Assembly: GCF_040938485.1 (NCBI RefSeq)
Contig: NW_027271421.1
Span: 438,567 to 502,566, forward strand
Origin: Diadema antillarum
Lineage: Eukaryota
Length of the DNA: 64,000 bases
Direction of reading: 5' to 3'
The notes below the pieces were generated by a model. It was given only the letters and a program-made list of their open reading frames with translations, did not search any database and was not told where the DNA came from. Position numbers and translations under genes: made by a program. Positions 14,559 to 26,151 of the stretch are shown here, piece by piece (the first letter of the stretch is position 1; every line of letters starts with the position of its first letter).

Positions 14559-14606
<48 letters not shown>
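14559..14606. repeat. (GT)n microsatellite inside the TIR element
   Basis: Read directly. Confidence 0.8.
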
Positions 14607-14610
<4 letters not shown>

Positions 14611-14798
14611 GGTGCAAAATATAAAAAAAAAGTAGAAAAGAATAATTATTTAGCGTCCGGCGTTGAGGTCGCTCGCAGACTATTTTTTTTTTTTTTTTTT
14701 TTTTTTTTAAAGGATCTGAAGGGGGGTGCGTTCGCACCCAACGCACCCCCCCTGGTGACGCCCATGCCATTCAATTGGCATGATATATTCATACTAAC

Positions 14799-14958
14799 CA
14801 GTGGAAAACTGTCCAAAGATCGCTAGTCTGTAGTTGATTGCTACAACAATGACGTCACCTACAACAGCCAATGGGACGCCGTAATGGTCATAGATCATTG
14901 CTGAGCCAGAGTTGAACGACCCCCCGTGAATCCACACCATAACTGCCATGCCTGAAGT
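14799..14958 (-). CDS. P2 exon 3 ([53 protein letters not shown])
   Basis: Anchored to ORF 14794..14991. Acceptor ctcaag|ACT, donor g|gttagt, 160 nt, phase 0 to 1. Confidence 0.8.
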
Positions 14959-15388
14959 CTTGAGTAAAACAAACAATGATATGAATGCCATAAAAAACAG
15001 AGAACCACTGTATACTTCACATGCTGTATTTTTTTTTCAAGACATGCGTTTTTGTACTTATGCATTAACTTATTTTCTATTGACATTCGGTACCTGAGGT
15101 GCCCACGTTCTACAAGCTTTGTCTTCTTAGTGGGTCCCTCAATTATTCGAAGTTTGCGTATTGCTTTCTTATTTTCAGCACTTTAATTTCTTATTGCAAT
15201 TTATAAGTAGTATAAGGTTCCACAATTATTTCATACTCTGTTACCAAGAAAGGGAAAGGTCTATGTTCTTTTCGAAAAATGAAATATAGCTTGAATTGAA
15301 TTGAATTGAATTGAATCAAAAAGAAATGCTTACAAAATAATAATTCTATATCATTATTAGCATTGATTGTTCTTTCTTCTCTACATAC

Positions 15389-15562
15389 CCTTGATGTAGG
15401 CGCGTAGACGTTCAGATAGAGGCAATCCTCGGAGGTAAAAAAGTCAAAAGTGTTGGTCTGCTCACAAGCAGGAGAAAACTCCGTGGCATTCCTTTCCCCT
15501 GACCATGACGTCATGTTTGTGGGCGGGGCAAATCGTATGGGCGGGGCCGCGTAAGGTACACC
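15389..15562 (-). CDS. P2 exon 2 ([58 protein letters not shown])
   Basis: Acceptor cttacag|GGT, donor agg|gtatgt, 174 nt, phase 0. Confidence 0.75.
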
Positions 15563-15766
15563 CTGTAAGCATGATTAGCATCTTTCAGTCAGAAACATTA
15601 AAAACACACATAATCAATATTAGATATGTACAAATATTACTCCTCTGAACTTCGATATAACGTCCAATTTTCCTGTTATATACAGGTTGTACATGTCTTA
15701 TTCGAGTCATAAATCATTGATGATAGCAATCTTGATGTACGGCAGTCGGTCGCAGGCAAGATAATA

Positions 15767-16091
15767 GGGAGCTTTAGATTTTAGACGCGCGGACGTTCAA
15801 AGGAAAAAAAAAAACATGATCTGAGCTTGCGCAGTAGCGCGCGTAAAGTCAATCTATTTTTAGCTTGCGTCGCCTGAGTTGTTTACTACGCGTAGTGGGC
15901 TATTTTCACGTCCGCACAGTTTGCGACGTAGAGAGCTTTTTCATGCACTGATCATATGGGGGCGTGATTTTATTTTTTATACGTTGCGTCCCAGCGTAAT
16001 CTAAAGCTACTTTTCCACATGACGCAGGGAGAGGAGAACGTTCAGGGCAACCGTCGGCTCAAACGTCCGCGCGTCAAAATCTAAAGCTCCC
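15767..16091. mobile_element. MITE (long-TIR family, copy 1)
   Basis: 35-bp TIRs GGGAGCTTTAGATTTTAGACGCGCGGACGTTCAAAGG / revcomp, with a flanking TA dinucleotide on each side. A second copy is at 24447-24612. It lies in P2 intron 1. Confidence 0.55.
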
Positions 16092-17388
16092 TAATATGTG
16101 CACTGTGCTGGAATTAAGTTGTCGTTCAAAGTTTAATCAAATGGATTGTAAAAGAGTCCTGCCATACGCCATCAAGGGACATGACACCAAACGAAACAAG
16201 TGTATAGATAATTGGTCTAAATTGATGCGGATTGTGTTGTTTTAGCCCATGGGCTCTATTTCTCGGAAACGTAACAACAAAATAATTTGTCATGACCATG
16301 TCGTATTGACATTATTGATGTTCCTCTAGTTTGCCAGTAAACACAATTAACTTGCACAATTAACCAGAACTTACGACATGACCATGTAGGAAGAAAAAAA
16401 AAATGTCGCAAGACTTGACCTTAAAACATTTAAGTAGTGATATTATGTCCTTTGGCGTGGACATATCCCTTGTTCATATTTTCTCGCGAGGTAGATTTTC
16501 TTATCGAGCATTACTGACAGGATATAGGATGAATTCCGGTCAGCCATGTCAATCCCCAAATCCAAATGAAAGTAAACCCTGGTTTGGTCTACTACTTGAG
16601 TGAAAATAATAAGGATGTGATACAGTGGACTGCCTGTCCTCGGGACAGGCAGTTTTTTTTTTTTTTTCGTTATATCGAAATTTCGTTACAACCGACCAAA
16701 CAAACAATAAACACACACACACAGGGGATAATGTTACGGCATGAATTTTTACTTCGTGTTCAACTGAATTTCGTTATAACAGTGTTTATTATATCCGGAG
16801 TGCGCTATAGTCACATGACCAAAACGAAACGGTGAATTCAAGATGCCATGCCTTTTCATATTCGACAACCAAGCTATTTCAACTTTATCGATATCATGTG
16901 AACTACGTATTTCTTAAAGTGACTACCCTTTGTCTATGTCCTTAACATCAAGTATTTTACAGAAAGGCAATCGACGAGAGAATGTCGAAGCCGTGAATTC
17001 TAGGACTCAATCCTGTGGAAAGAGGATTTTCTTTTGTCTCTAAATGTACCATAGTAACTGCATAGTCGCTTCTTAACTATAATTATTGTTGTTGTAATCC
17101 CTGCTGCATAGACATGCATACTGTATATTATATCATTAATTCCCTTTTATATCGTTGTTTATGCAAGTCAAACGACTCCGTGTTGAATTTACTTTGTATA
17201 TTCCCTATATGTTCATGATTATGTAACTTATGTGTATTGATTTGCAGAAAATAAAGTATCTATCAATATCAATATCAATATCAACCTTACAAAACGTCAA
17301 AAAGAGTAGCTATAATTGTTCCTTTGTTGTCAAACAAAATGATTCGCGCCGTGATCGAGGAAAGAGAAACTCGAATATAAGGCCTTAC

Positions 17389-17550
17389 CAGAAACAAGTC
17401 GACATCTCGAGTCTTGTTGATGAACCTGTTTTCACTGAAAGTCACGGTCTTTCCTACCAGAATTCCTTCGTTGACGGTGACTCGTGGACCTTCAGCACTT
17501 GCCAGGCCCACTGTGATAATCATAACCAGCACAATTCGACGAAGATCCAT
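17389..17550 (-). CDS. P2 exon 1 (signal peptide MDLRRIVLVMIITVGLASAEGPRVTVNEGILVGKTVTFSENRFINKTRDVDLFL)
   Basis: ATG at 17550, donor ctt|gtaagg, 54 codons. Confidence 0.8.
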
Positions 17551-17603
17551 TTTTCCGAATGACGTGAAACTTGGTTAAGACCCGATCCTCGCTTTTCTTA
17601 GAT

Positions 17604-17609
17604 TATATG
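17604..17609 (-). promoter_or_regulatory. TATA-like element upstream of P2 ATG (ATATAA on the minus strand, about 55 nt upstream)
   Basis: Read directly. There is no transcript evidence. Confidence 0.2.
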
Positions 17610-17999
17610 TATTTCACTATACTTGCGCTCAGAATATGGATTGCTCATACTTCCTAAAAGCGTGAGCGTGTTTGCGTGTGTTTCATTTAACCTAATATTC
17701 AATATATTTGTGTTGAGGACCAGCGCAATACTTGGTTGAACTTTGTCCGGGCTTCTGTTGTCATATCAAAAAAAAAAGTCTGTAGTTCCATAATTGAATA
17801 TTTATGGTGGGTCAGGTGACTACCAAATTACAATGGCCGATGTTTTCAGAAGAGAATCCATGTTTACACAGTTATTTCATGGTATTTGTAGTACATCTGC
17901 AAGTTATTTGCACACCTTTCCTATACACACTCTAAAGCCTGTGTGTTTTGCTTCACGCAAGTTATACTGAAAACATATTGAAATCTCAATATTGAGGGA

Positions 18000-18261
18000 A
18001 CGAATATTTGAATATATACTAATTTACAATATATATATACATATATATATATATATATGTACTGTGTATATAAATATGTATATATATATATATACATATA
18101 TACTGTGTATATAAATATGTATATATATATATATATATACATATATACTGTGTATATAAATATGTATATATAATTATATATTGTATATAATTTCCTTTCT
18201 CATATCTCCTATATATATATGATTATATTATAATATAAATATATATGCATATTTTATAATC

Positions 18262-18293
<32 letters not shown>

Positions 18294-18300
18294 GTTTTAT
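18000..18300. repeat. TA/TG-rich low-complexity tandem repeats (about 50-bp unit x3, plus (TG)n)
   Basis: The block atatatatacatatatactgtgtatataaatatgtatat is repeated, and a (TG)n run sits at 18268-18292. Confidence 0.7.
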
Positions 18301-18453
18301 TTTCCCCATATAGTTATGTTTAGTTCTCTTTTCATTGAACCAAGGAAACATTATCGTGATTATGTACATAATATATCCAGCAGGATGTTGAAAAAACACG
18401 AGTTCAGTGTGAAATGGATGTCCTTTTCCAATAACAAAAAAAAAAAAAACCAA

Positions 18454-18485
<32 letters not shown>

Positions 18486-20138
18486 ATACACACACACAAA
18501 ATCTTTCCGCCGCATTTCCAGCTCAGACTCTTTCCCCACATGAAACAGGACAACTGTCCATATGATCTCTTTAATACGTGCTTCAGGCAAGCATAAATAA
18601 GTCTAGGTGACATTGTGATTCTTTAGCTGTGATGTTGACAGGATAAAGCCAAATATTGAAACTGGGTAAAAGTTCAAAATTTTCAATCTTTTCTCTCACG
18701 CATATATTGTAGCTGAATAAATATTCAAGTCCAAACGAGTCCAAGTGAAACTCGCGTTCAGTGAGTTGCATTTCCCTATATTTGAAACGTTCTCTTCAAA
18801 CAGTGCAGTTCTGACGATGCTTCACACAGATATTGGTTTACATACATAAGGAATTTCTGTATTGGATTAAATAAAGGATGAAAGGAATAAGAGTTGTATA
18901 AAAGAATGACTGAATGATGATCGTCCCTGGTATGCGATGAATTTTGATCTGATATTGGCTGTAACTTGTGCTGTGAAATCACACCGATCACACCAGACAG
19001 AATTTACTCTTATAGTCTAGAGATACACAATAACAGCGCACATTCGACTCTAAACTGACCACCATAGAAACAATATATAGTCTATGATATCAAGGGTCTC
19101 ATCCATACATGAATGTAAAAAGGGTCTAATCCTTGGAATGAATTGACAAACTCCTCTTGTTCTTGGTATTCGAGGCAAAATAACCTAAATTACGAAAGAA
19201 TATGATATATAGATTATGTCTATTCAAACATTTGTATCAATGCTTGCATGCTTGTATGGTTTGCATTTGTATTGTAAATATCAGAAGTACAGGGATATTA
19301 CAGCATTGCGTTTATCTTTAAATACCCGATTTTCATTCCCCCTCTCTCTTTTTCCATGTATTATTGCAAACGATTATTGATAAACACGTCTTGTTTTTTT
19401 TTGTTAGTATTTAGCCACTTACCAAACCAGACATGATTTTTTTTTTCGTTATCGTGAATATGTTGTAAAGGAAGATATTCACGTCAATGGCTAAGAAATC
19501 ATGACAGTCAAAGGTAGGAATCTTTAAAAATAATACACAAAGACAACATCAAGGAGAGTTTCCCTTTTATTCGCTCCACTTAGGTCACTGCTAAATAATG
19601 TCACTAAAACTGCTTGACAGAGCAATACTGCATACGTAAAAGAGAAAGAACAGCGATAGGTAGAGAAAATATGTGAAAATTGAAGGCATTACGACACTTT
19701 ACACCACATAAACTGGTGGCTGGGATTATGTACAGTCTTCTGTCACAACGCAGATCTTCAATTAACTGAAACCTTTACAGCTCTACTTTTATATTCATAT
19801 TGTGTTACCATCATCACCAAAATGATGGATAAATTGTAACTAGCCTTGTAATTTTGAACTGTACCAAGAAAATGACATTATCGTATGATGTGTAAATTAG
19901 TGTTGAGGTATATTTAGACGTGTACCCAAAATGCGAAACCAAATTACATCCTAAACTGCCACAAACAGTGTTGACATTAGTTCAAGGACACGCAGCTGTA
20001 AAGGGATTCCAATATTATTCTTGTATATAGTATCGATGTAATTGTGATAGCTTCATAATGAATTAATTAAACAAAACATAAACGACAACAAGACGACGAA
20101 ACAATGAAGTACGCATATACTAAGCCATGCTCGAGTTA

Positions 20139-20287
20139 TCACGTGACATTCTCTTTTGACAGGTTTGAGATTCGTGACAAAGTAGGTTCATTCTTGTATT
20201 CCTCGAACGCCTGCTGCCATGCTGTCATCTCAGTCTTCCAGTCATCATAAATTTCCCGCCATTCCTTCTCAGTGTCACTCAGGTCGT
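20139..20287 (-). CDS. P3 exon 10 (terminal; DLSDTEKEWREIYDDWKTEMTAWQQAFEEYKNEPTLSRISNLSKENVT, stop TGA 20139-20141)
   Basis: Acceptor ttatccag|, phase 1. A WAT-like Trp heptad is present. The C-terminal Cys of the paralogs is replaced (TLS) and the tail is 12 residues longer. Confidence 0.7.
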
Positions 20288-20860
20288 CTGGATAAAATGA
20301 ACGTAAAACCAAGGTTTTTAATCTGAGTATTTTCCTCTGTACAAAAATTCAGTAGTCGTATATATATTGATTTCTGTCCAGCCATTGAAAGACTGAAAAT
20401 AGTGGTAAAAATATTGTATCATACGTGTTATAATGAATGATTTGACTGAGCGTAGCGCCAACAGTCTTACAATGTACACGAACAATAAAAGGAAGATCCG
20501 AGCGGTGTTGATTTTTCTGTTAATAAACGAAATGGTCAACCTTTTACAAATAGGTCCTATATATTTAAAACAAAAGTAGAGAGGGTATGTTTATTACGTC
20601 AGAAGACCAAATTTAAGATGGAATGAGCGTCTGCTCCTGACACCATGCCATATTAAGCATCTCATCATTCCAAGCATAGAATCCTTGTTGTTTTGGTGTT
20701 TAATATCTATTCCTCCACGGATATTTCTAGATCAGTGTATTATTCTTTATAAATAGACGGATATATCATGATCTATCACCTTTAAAATTAAACTGTGAGA
20801 GAAAGCCTGACCCTTAATGCATGTGCTTAGCTAAACACAAAGACGAGGCATGAATCGTAC

Positions 20861-21042
20861 CTGTGAAGGCAGCGAGGGAAGGAATGTACTGGTTCCAGAA
20901 ATGACACTGTCTGGCTCTGACAGCCCTCCCCGTGGGTAGCCCTACTGTCATCTCCTTGTATGTGAGGTCAGGAATGGTGTACTCTGGCCAAGTGTACTGT
21001 CCTTCCCATGGGTCTGCCTCTGCGCTGGGGTTACTTGGATTT
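20861..21042 (-). CDS. P3 exon 9 (NPSNPSAEADPWEGQYTWPEYTIPDLTYKEMTVGLPTGRAVRARQCHFWNQYIPSLAAFT)
   Basis: Acceptor ctacaaag|, donor g|gtacga, 182 nt. Confidence 0.75.
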
Positions 21043-21270
21043 CTTTGTAGAAGGACTCAAAAGAAACAACGGAAATCACGTTTCCTTCTGTTTGTAATGA
21101 AGACGTATGAAACTGAACCTGAAGATTAATGTACCATTAGTTCGCAACAACAGGAAATCAAAGAATTTCGATAGAACACTTCAAAAGTTGAAAGAAGTCC
21201 AAAAATACATGGAAAATCTTGAACTGCTATAATCTTCCAAACATAGCCTGCATTAGTAAAATGGTTACAG

Positions 21271-21540
21271 CTCGTTATTCCGAAGGTTCGTTATTCCGAA
21301 GGCTCTTTATTCCTAAGATTCGTTATTCCGAAGGTTCATTGTTCCGAATTTCATTTTCGGATTAACCAATCTTCGGAATAACGAACCTTCGGAATAACGC
21401 CACAAATTTTCGGATTAACGAACCCTTTTTCATTTTCGGATTAACGAACCTGTAGGTATACGGAATTTGCGTGTTTCGGATTAACGACCCTTCGGAATAA
21501 TGAACCTTCGGAATGGCGAACCTTCGGAATAACGAACAGC
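21271..21540. repeat. Inverted tandem array of a 14-bp unit (CGTTATTCCGAAGG x4 facing CCTTCGGAATAACG x~8)
   Basis: Read directly. The two arms are reverse complements and could form a long hairpin. It lies in P3 intron 8. Confidence 0.8.
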
Positions 21541-21663
21541 ACCCAGTAAAACATCCATTTGAAAAAAAAAAAATCATTGCCGCTTTGGGTGACATTTTAC
21601 AATAAGTAATCTTATAGTAATCTGAATTAGTCTTACAAAAGACAAAGAACAAGGTAACCTTAC

Positions 21664-21858
21664 CCCGACTTTGCGAAGTTCGTCCAAAATTCCATGAACT
21701 TAACAGAGAGGGCGTTTTCATCTGCCGTCATGTTATGGCCCTTGATGTGATAAAGTTCGTCAATAAATGGAATATCCCATACGAACGTCAGATCTTCTGA
21801 ATGGGTTGCCCCAAGCCATGGAGTCGAGGGAACGATGTCTCCATACTGGAAATAGCTC
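21664..21858 (-). CDS. P3 exon 8 (catalytic His: SYFQYGDIVPSTPWLGATHSEDLTFVWDIPF...NFAKSG)
   Basis: Anchored to ORF 21660..21962. Acceptor tttttaag|, donor gg|gtaagg, 195 nt. Confidence 0.8.
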
Positions 21859-22821
21859 CTTAAAAAGAAAACAGAAAAAGAAAGAAAGACGTGCATACTA
21901 CAACACCCATTGTACGCAGTAGCTGAAACTTGGAATAAACTGAACGGATAACTGTGGATCAAAATTTATTTGGAAATCAAAGTTATACAAAAAATAATGA
22001 TTATGTATTCTCTTATTCATCAGGAAATATGGAAACTGCTTTCACGTCTGTTACGGCTTCCAATTTCCAGCGACTACTGATAATTGCTCAACAAGCTCGG
22101 GTGTATTTTTTTCCATATCCATAAAATTAACGAGATGTACAAGATGATGATGATGATGTAATAGCATTTAGAAAGTGCGGTATCGAGGTTGTTACAATTA
22201 CGAAGTGGGATTGGTAGAGTTCCACAGACGATAGTGCAACAGAAGAGAAGGCTCTACCATCATAGATTTTTAGGCGGGTACTGGGCACATGGAGAGTCAA
22301 TTTAGGGTAGGCCAACATAAAACAACAACAACAACAAACAAAATAACAATAATAATAATAATAATAATAATAATACGTTGTGGTGTATACTTTTATAGCG
22401 CAACAGTCCATCAAAAAGATGCTCATGGCGCTTTTAGTCTTAAGGTTACGAGAAAAAAAAAAGAAGAACAAGAAGAAAAAGGAATTATGTGACATCTTCA
22501 CTTTTTTGTTTCCTACAACATATTAAACATATATGTTTTTAGAGATGTTCTAAATGATCCCACAGAGGATGATTGGCGAACAGTGACAGGGATATCTTTC
22601 CAAACTTTTGGTCCAATGCGAGAGAAAGAACGAGTTCACCATGAATGCTTAACCTTAGGTATCTGAAATGAAAAGTAAGTAGATGATCGAAGTCTGCGAG
22701 GAGGGTTATAACAATATAAAGAACTCTGGAGATATTCGGGTGCAGTCATAGGTAATTCGATACTGCCAAACTATAGGCAAATGAATATGTTACTGGAAAG
22801 GAAAAAAATGTAAATGCTCAC

Positions 22822-23264
22822 TTGGTTGGTTGATGAGTCATGAAATATTGAAAGACAGGATAGCCAGCCTCGGCGTGCTCCCTGACCACCAGATCGGTCG
22901 GGCACCCGAAGTCCATGTCTCCGGACACGTCCACTCTGGATCGGAAGTAGTCGGTCGAGGGGTCATCAGCCACAGTCCAGTCCACGTACTCATGTGTCGT
23001 AGCATCGACAATGATGGCATCGTCCATTTCGACCGATGCGAGTGTGTTTTGAAGTATCGCATCAAACACGGTTCGACTGAGGTGCGGATGTTCCTCAGCA
23101 CCTGCGTAGGAGGGATAGGCGAAGTACACGAACAAGGCGGCTTCGTCCCTGTTGGATCCAGCGAGGATTGGAACATCGGGAAAGTCTCCCTTGTTGTACA
23201 TAGAGCGAGGGCTCTCCTGCAGAAACAACCCGTCTAGAATCACGGGGTATCGATCTGAATGAAT
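22822..23264 (-). CDS. P3 exon 7 (IHSDRYPVILDGLFLQESP...GSNRDEAALF...FGCPTD...FMTHQPTK)
   Basis: Anchored to ORF 22818..23243. Acceptor tttccag|ATT, donor aa|gtgagc, 443 nt, phase 0 to 2. Confidence 0.8.
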
Positions 23265-23833
23265 CTGGAAATGCCAAACGTTGCAATTAGAAATTCATCT
23301 CGGGGTTTGGACAGTATCTTTCAAGTGTAAGCAAACCTTCCACTTAACGTGTGCTGTAGGGGGAGAAAGAGATAAGTAAGACAACTAACACAAACATTCT
23401 CTCCCCATCATTTACTCTCTTTTTTTTGGGGGGGGGGGGTAATGCAAGAGTTCTAATTCGCAGTCAAACAAAAGCGGATTACAATAATTCAAAGCGAAAA
23501 AGGCTATTTCTAGATTACAATTTGCCGCATAACTTCCTTAAGTATTGGTCCAGGGCTCAGCAGTCAAGATATCAAGATGATGTAAGTGAAAATGTTCTTG
23601 TTCACTCTGTCGGTAAGACGTCCAATAAAATTGACTTTGCATCACAATCGCAACATTTTCACTTCAAGCAACTATGACCTAAATGTCGTCACGAAATACC
23701 GGTCTGTTTTTCAAGGGTTGTACGATCAAAAGTGCTGAATTCGGATCATTTTTACTACAGTGAAACGGAAAAATGAGTAAATGAAAGTAAGCAATGAGAA
23801 ATTCGTGACTTTGATCTCATTTTTTTTTCTTAC

Positions 23834-24001
23834 CCTATCTCCAACTTCGCGTAGTTGAAGGGGATCCTTGGTTCTAAGGCACGACACCAATAGTTCTGAG
23901 GTGGACGTGTTACACCCCATTGCTTCACCCAGTTCTCTGGCTAACTGTCTCTCCAACTCGGGATCATCTCTAAAGGCCCAGTTAGTCAGGGAAGTTCCAC
24001 T
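23834..24001 (-). CDS. P3 exon 6 (SGTSLTNWAFRDDPELERQLARELGEAMGCNTSTSELLVSCLRTKDPLQLREVGDR)
   Basis: Anchored to ORF 23726..24007. Acceptor tgtgcag|AGT, donor agg|gtaaga, 168 nt. Confidence 0.8.
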
Positions 24002-24446
24002 CTGCACAGAGACAAGAAAGACGAAAACTCCACGATAATGTTTCTAATCGAAAACTCTGAGCCATACTCACATAGTCTCTGATAAGTAAATATCAAGCTA
24101 TGGAAAAAAAAAGGGTTTACTCTTCTAACATGTCGAAACGCTAAATACTTCCAAAAGTAAGCATAATATTTTTATGTGAGTGACAGAATTCATCATATTT
24201 AATACTTCCCATAGACAGTAGTGTGCAGTGCGCAAATAAGCCATTATAGCATGGATTTATCAGCATGGTAGTATTTTTCAAAGACGTCTCAATAGTCAAC
24301 GCATAATTCTCAAACCGTTTGCATTTTGAAGTTGTGCTTTTTTTTATTCTTCATGCATTCGAACGTTATCAAGTATCAAACTTTACGATGTAGTGTAATG
24401 GGCTATCACTTGGCTGCGTAGAACAAATGTTTCATTTGATAGAATA

Positions 24447-24612
24447 GGGAGCTTTAGATTTTAGACGCGCGGACGTTCAAAGGGAAAAAAAACATGTTCT
24501 GAGCGTGCGCAGAAGCGCTGGTCAAATTGACGCACGCTTCTGCGCACGCTCAGAACATGTTTTTTTTTTTTTTTCCCTCTGAACGTCCGCGCGTCTAAAA
24601 TCTAAAGCTCCC
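24447..24612. mobile_element. MITE (long-TIR family, copy 2; nearly a pure hairpin)
   Basis: Same 35-bp TIRs as 15767-16091. The interior is itself palindromic. A TA dinucleotide flanks each side. It lies in P3 intron 5. Confidence 0.55.
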
Positions 24613-24823
24613 TAATAATGAATACAGGAAGGCATGGGATAAGTACACAGAAAAAACACCAATTAGAAATATACGTTCCTCAGAAGAAAAGAAAAGAGAA
24701 AGGAAAATTTTGAAGAAGTAAGGAAAAAATAACTTGGGAAGACGCTATGGTTATAGAGTCAACATCTCAAACAGAACAAGTTCAAGTCATGGAATAGATG
24801 CCCTTATCCTATCTACCATATAC

Positions 24824-24942
24824 CTGCATGATGATTTTGCTGATGTAAGGCCTACTCAGCTTGGAGAGGAGGAGGAGGTTGACACAAGCTGCACCCGCAC
24901 TCTGACCGAAGAGAGTTATCTGGTCCTTGTCTCCTCCAAAGG
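24824..24942 (-). CDS. P3 exon 5 (nucleophile elbow variant: [40 protein letters not shown])
   Basis: Acceptor ggtgccag|, donor cag|gtatat, 119 nt. The motif is GQSAG rather than GESAG. Confidence 0.75.
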
Positions 24943-25095
24943 CTGGCACCAGGCATGGAAAACGATCATCACTTTTTTAATCATCTGGTACAATATCTCA
25001 CTTTTTGCACTAATATCAATTTCGACAGAAGAATCATTTCAACAAAACAAATGGAACTAGAATAACATAAAATGTTTTTCTTTGTTTAGTAGCCA

Positions 25096-25099
25096 TATA

Positions 25100-25162
<63 letters not shown>

Positions 25163-25165
25163 TTA
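25096..25165. repeat. (AT)n microsatellite
   Basis: Read directly. Confidence 0.8.
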
Positions 25166-25413
25166 TGTACTATAAATCTACGGTATTCCTTTTTCAAAAT
25201 TACTTTGGAAATTCTTCAATATGACGACAGCCTGCGTTGCACTGAATTATGTGAGTTGAATCAAAACAGTACCTAAATATCTCTTCAAACATGCGTACGA
25301 ACCAAAGCAATAATTTATAGAGTCGTTACAATGAACTAAACTGAACTGAACTGAACTGAACTGAGCTGAACAATAGATTACAATATGCAAGACCGTTTCC
25401 AAGGAATTATTAC

Positions 25414-25491
25414 CTTCGATATTATTGTAGACCCACTCCAGCGCTGCCACCTGATCCAACATGGCGAAATTTCCTGGTGCAACATCATCCA
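25414..25491 (-). CDS. P3 exon 4 (MDDVAPGNFAMLDQVAALEWVYNNIE)
   Basis: Anchored to ORF 25247..25516. Acceptor cgtcttcag|, donor g|gtaata, 78 nt. Confidence 0.75.
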
Positions 25492-25991
25492 CTGAAGACG
25501 GATGTAATGGATTCAATAGAGTTATGAAAGTGAATTATTATATAATAATTATATTATATATATAATTATTATTAAATCCATCACTACATCAGCAGCGAAG
25601 GAAACTTTTAAATGAATTTGAGGTAATCCATTCATCAATACAAAGACAAAGAGGATATCAGTGTTTTCTCATTAAACCGTAACTGCAGACGGTTTAGTCT
25701 GGATACATTTTTATTATAACTATTGTTCACATTTGTGTATTCAACAATACTTAACAATGATTACATGGATTCAAATTTTACAGTGGTTGTTTCATCCCTA
25801 ACTCACACTTAAGAACCATTTCAAAGCACTAATGCTGGGTTTTTGTTTCTTCTGCAAATGTAAATTATGCCTTTAACAACATCATTTCGTAAGACTCATT
25901 GTGTTTTGTGACGTCGTCTTGCATTTCTTCAGTCGATACTGATATAAGAATTGTGACTGTTACAAGAACTGTAATCGTACGAGAGTCTTAC

Positions 25992-26151
25992 TTGTAGTAA
26001 ATTGTCCAAAGATCGATAATCGGTAGTTAACAGTCACGATAATGACGTCACCGACAGCAGCCAATGGCACGCCGTAAAAGTCATACGTCATAGCAGTTCC
26101 TGTTCTGATTCCTCCTCCATGAATCCACACCATCACCGGAACAGCAGATGA
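25992..26151 (-). CDS. P3 exon 3 ([53 protein letters not shown])
   Basis: Anchored to ORF 25960..26169. Acceptor ggtgcag|TCA, donor a|gtaaga, 160 nt. Confidence 0.8.

Larger units (their letters stand above)
11021..14766. mobile_element. TIR-bounded non-autonomous DNA-transposon-like element (~3.75 kb) carrying an internal satellite
   Basis: Termini AGGGGCGTCACCAG... and ...CTGGTGACGCCCATG are inverted (12/12 core GGGCGTCACCAG), with a subterminal GGGGGGTGCGTT on both ends. A direct repeat CCATTC flanks it at 11015-11020 and 14767-14772. It fills most of P2 intron 3, and the corresponding intron in P3 and P4 is only about 0.4-0.5 kb. Confidence 0.45.

Noticed and set aside
22830-23237. Plus-strand ORFs overlapping esterase exons (22830..23237, 37078..37500, 34306..34575, 55923..56159, 6784..7122)
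   Set aside because: These are antisense frames of minus-strand exons. The proteins are low-complexity and lack homology. The minus-strand frames carry all family motifs.
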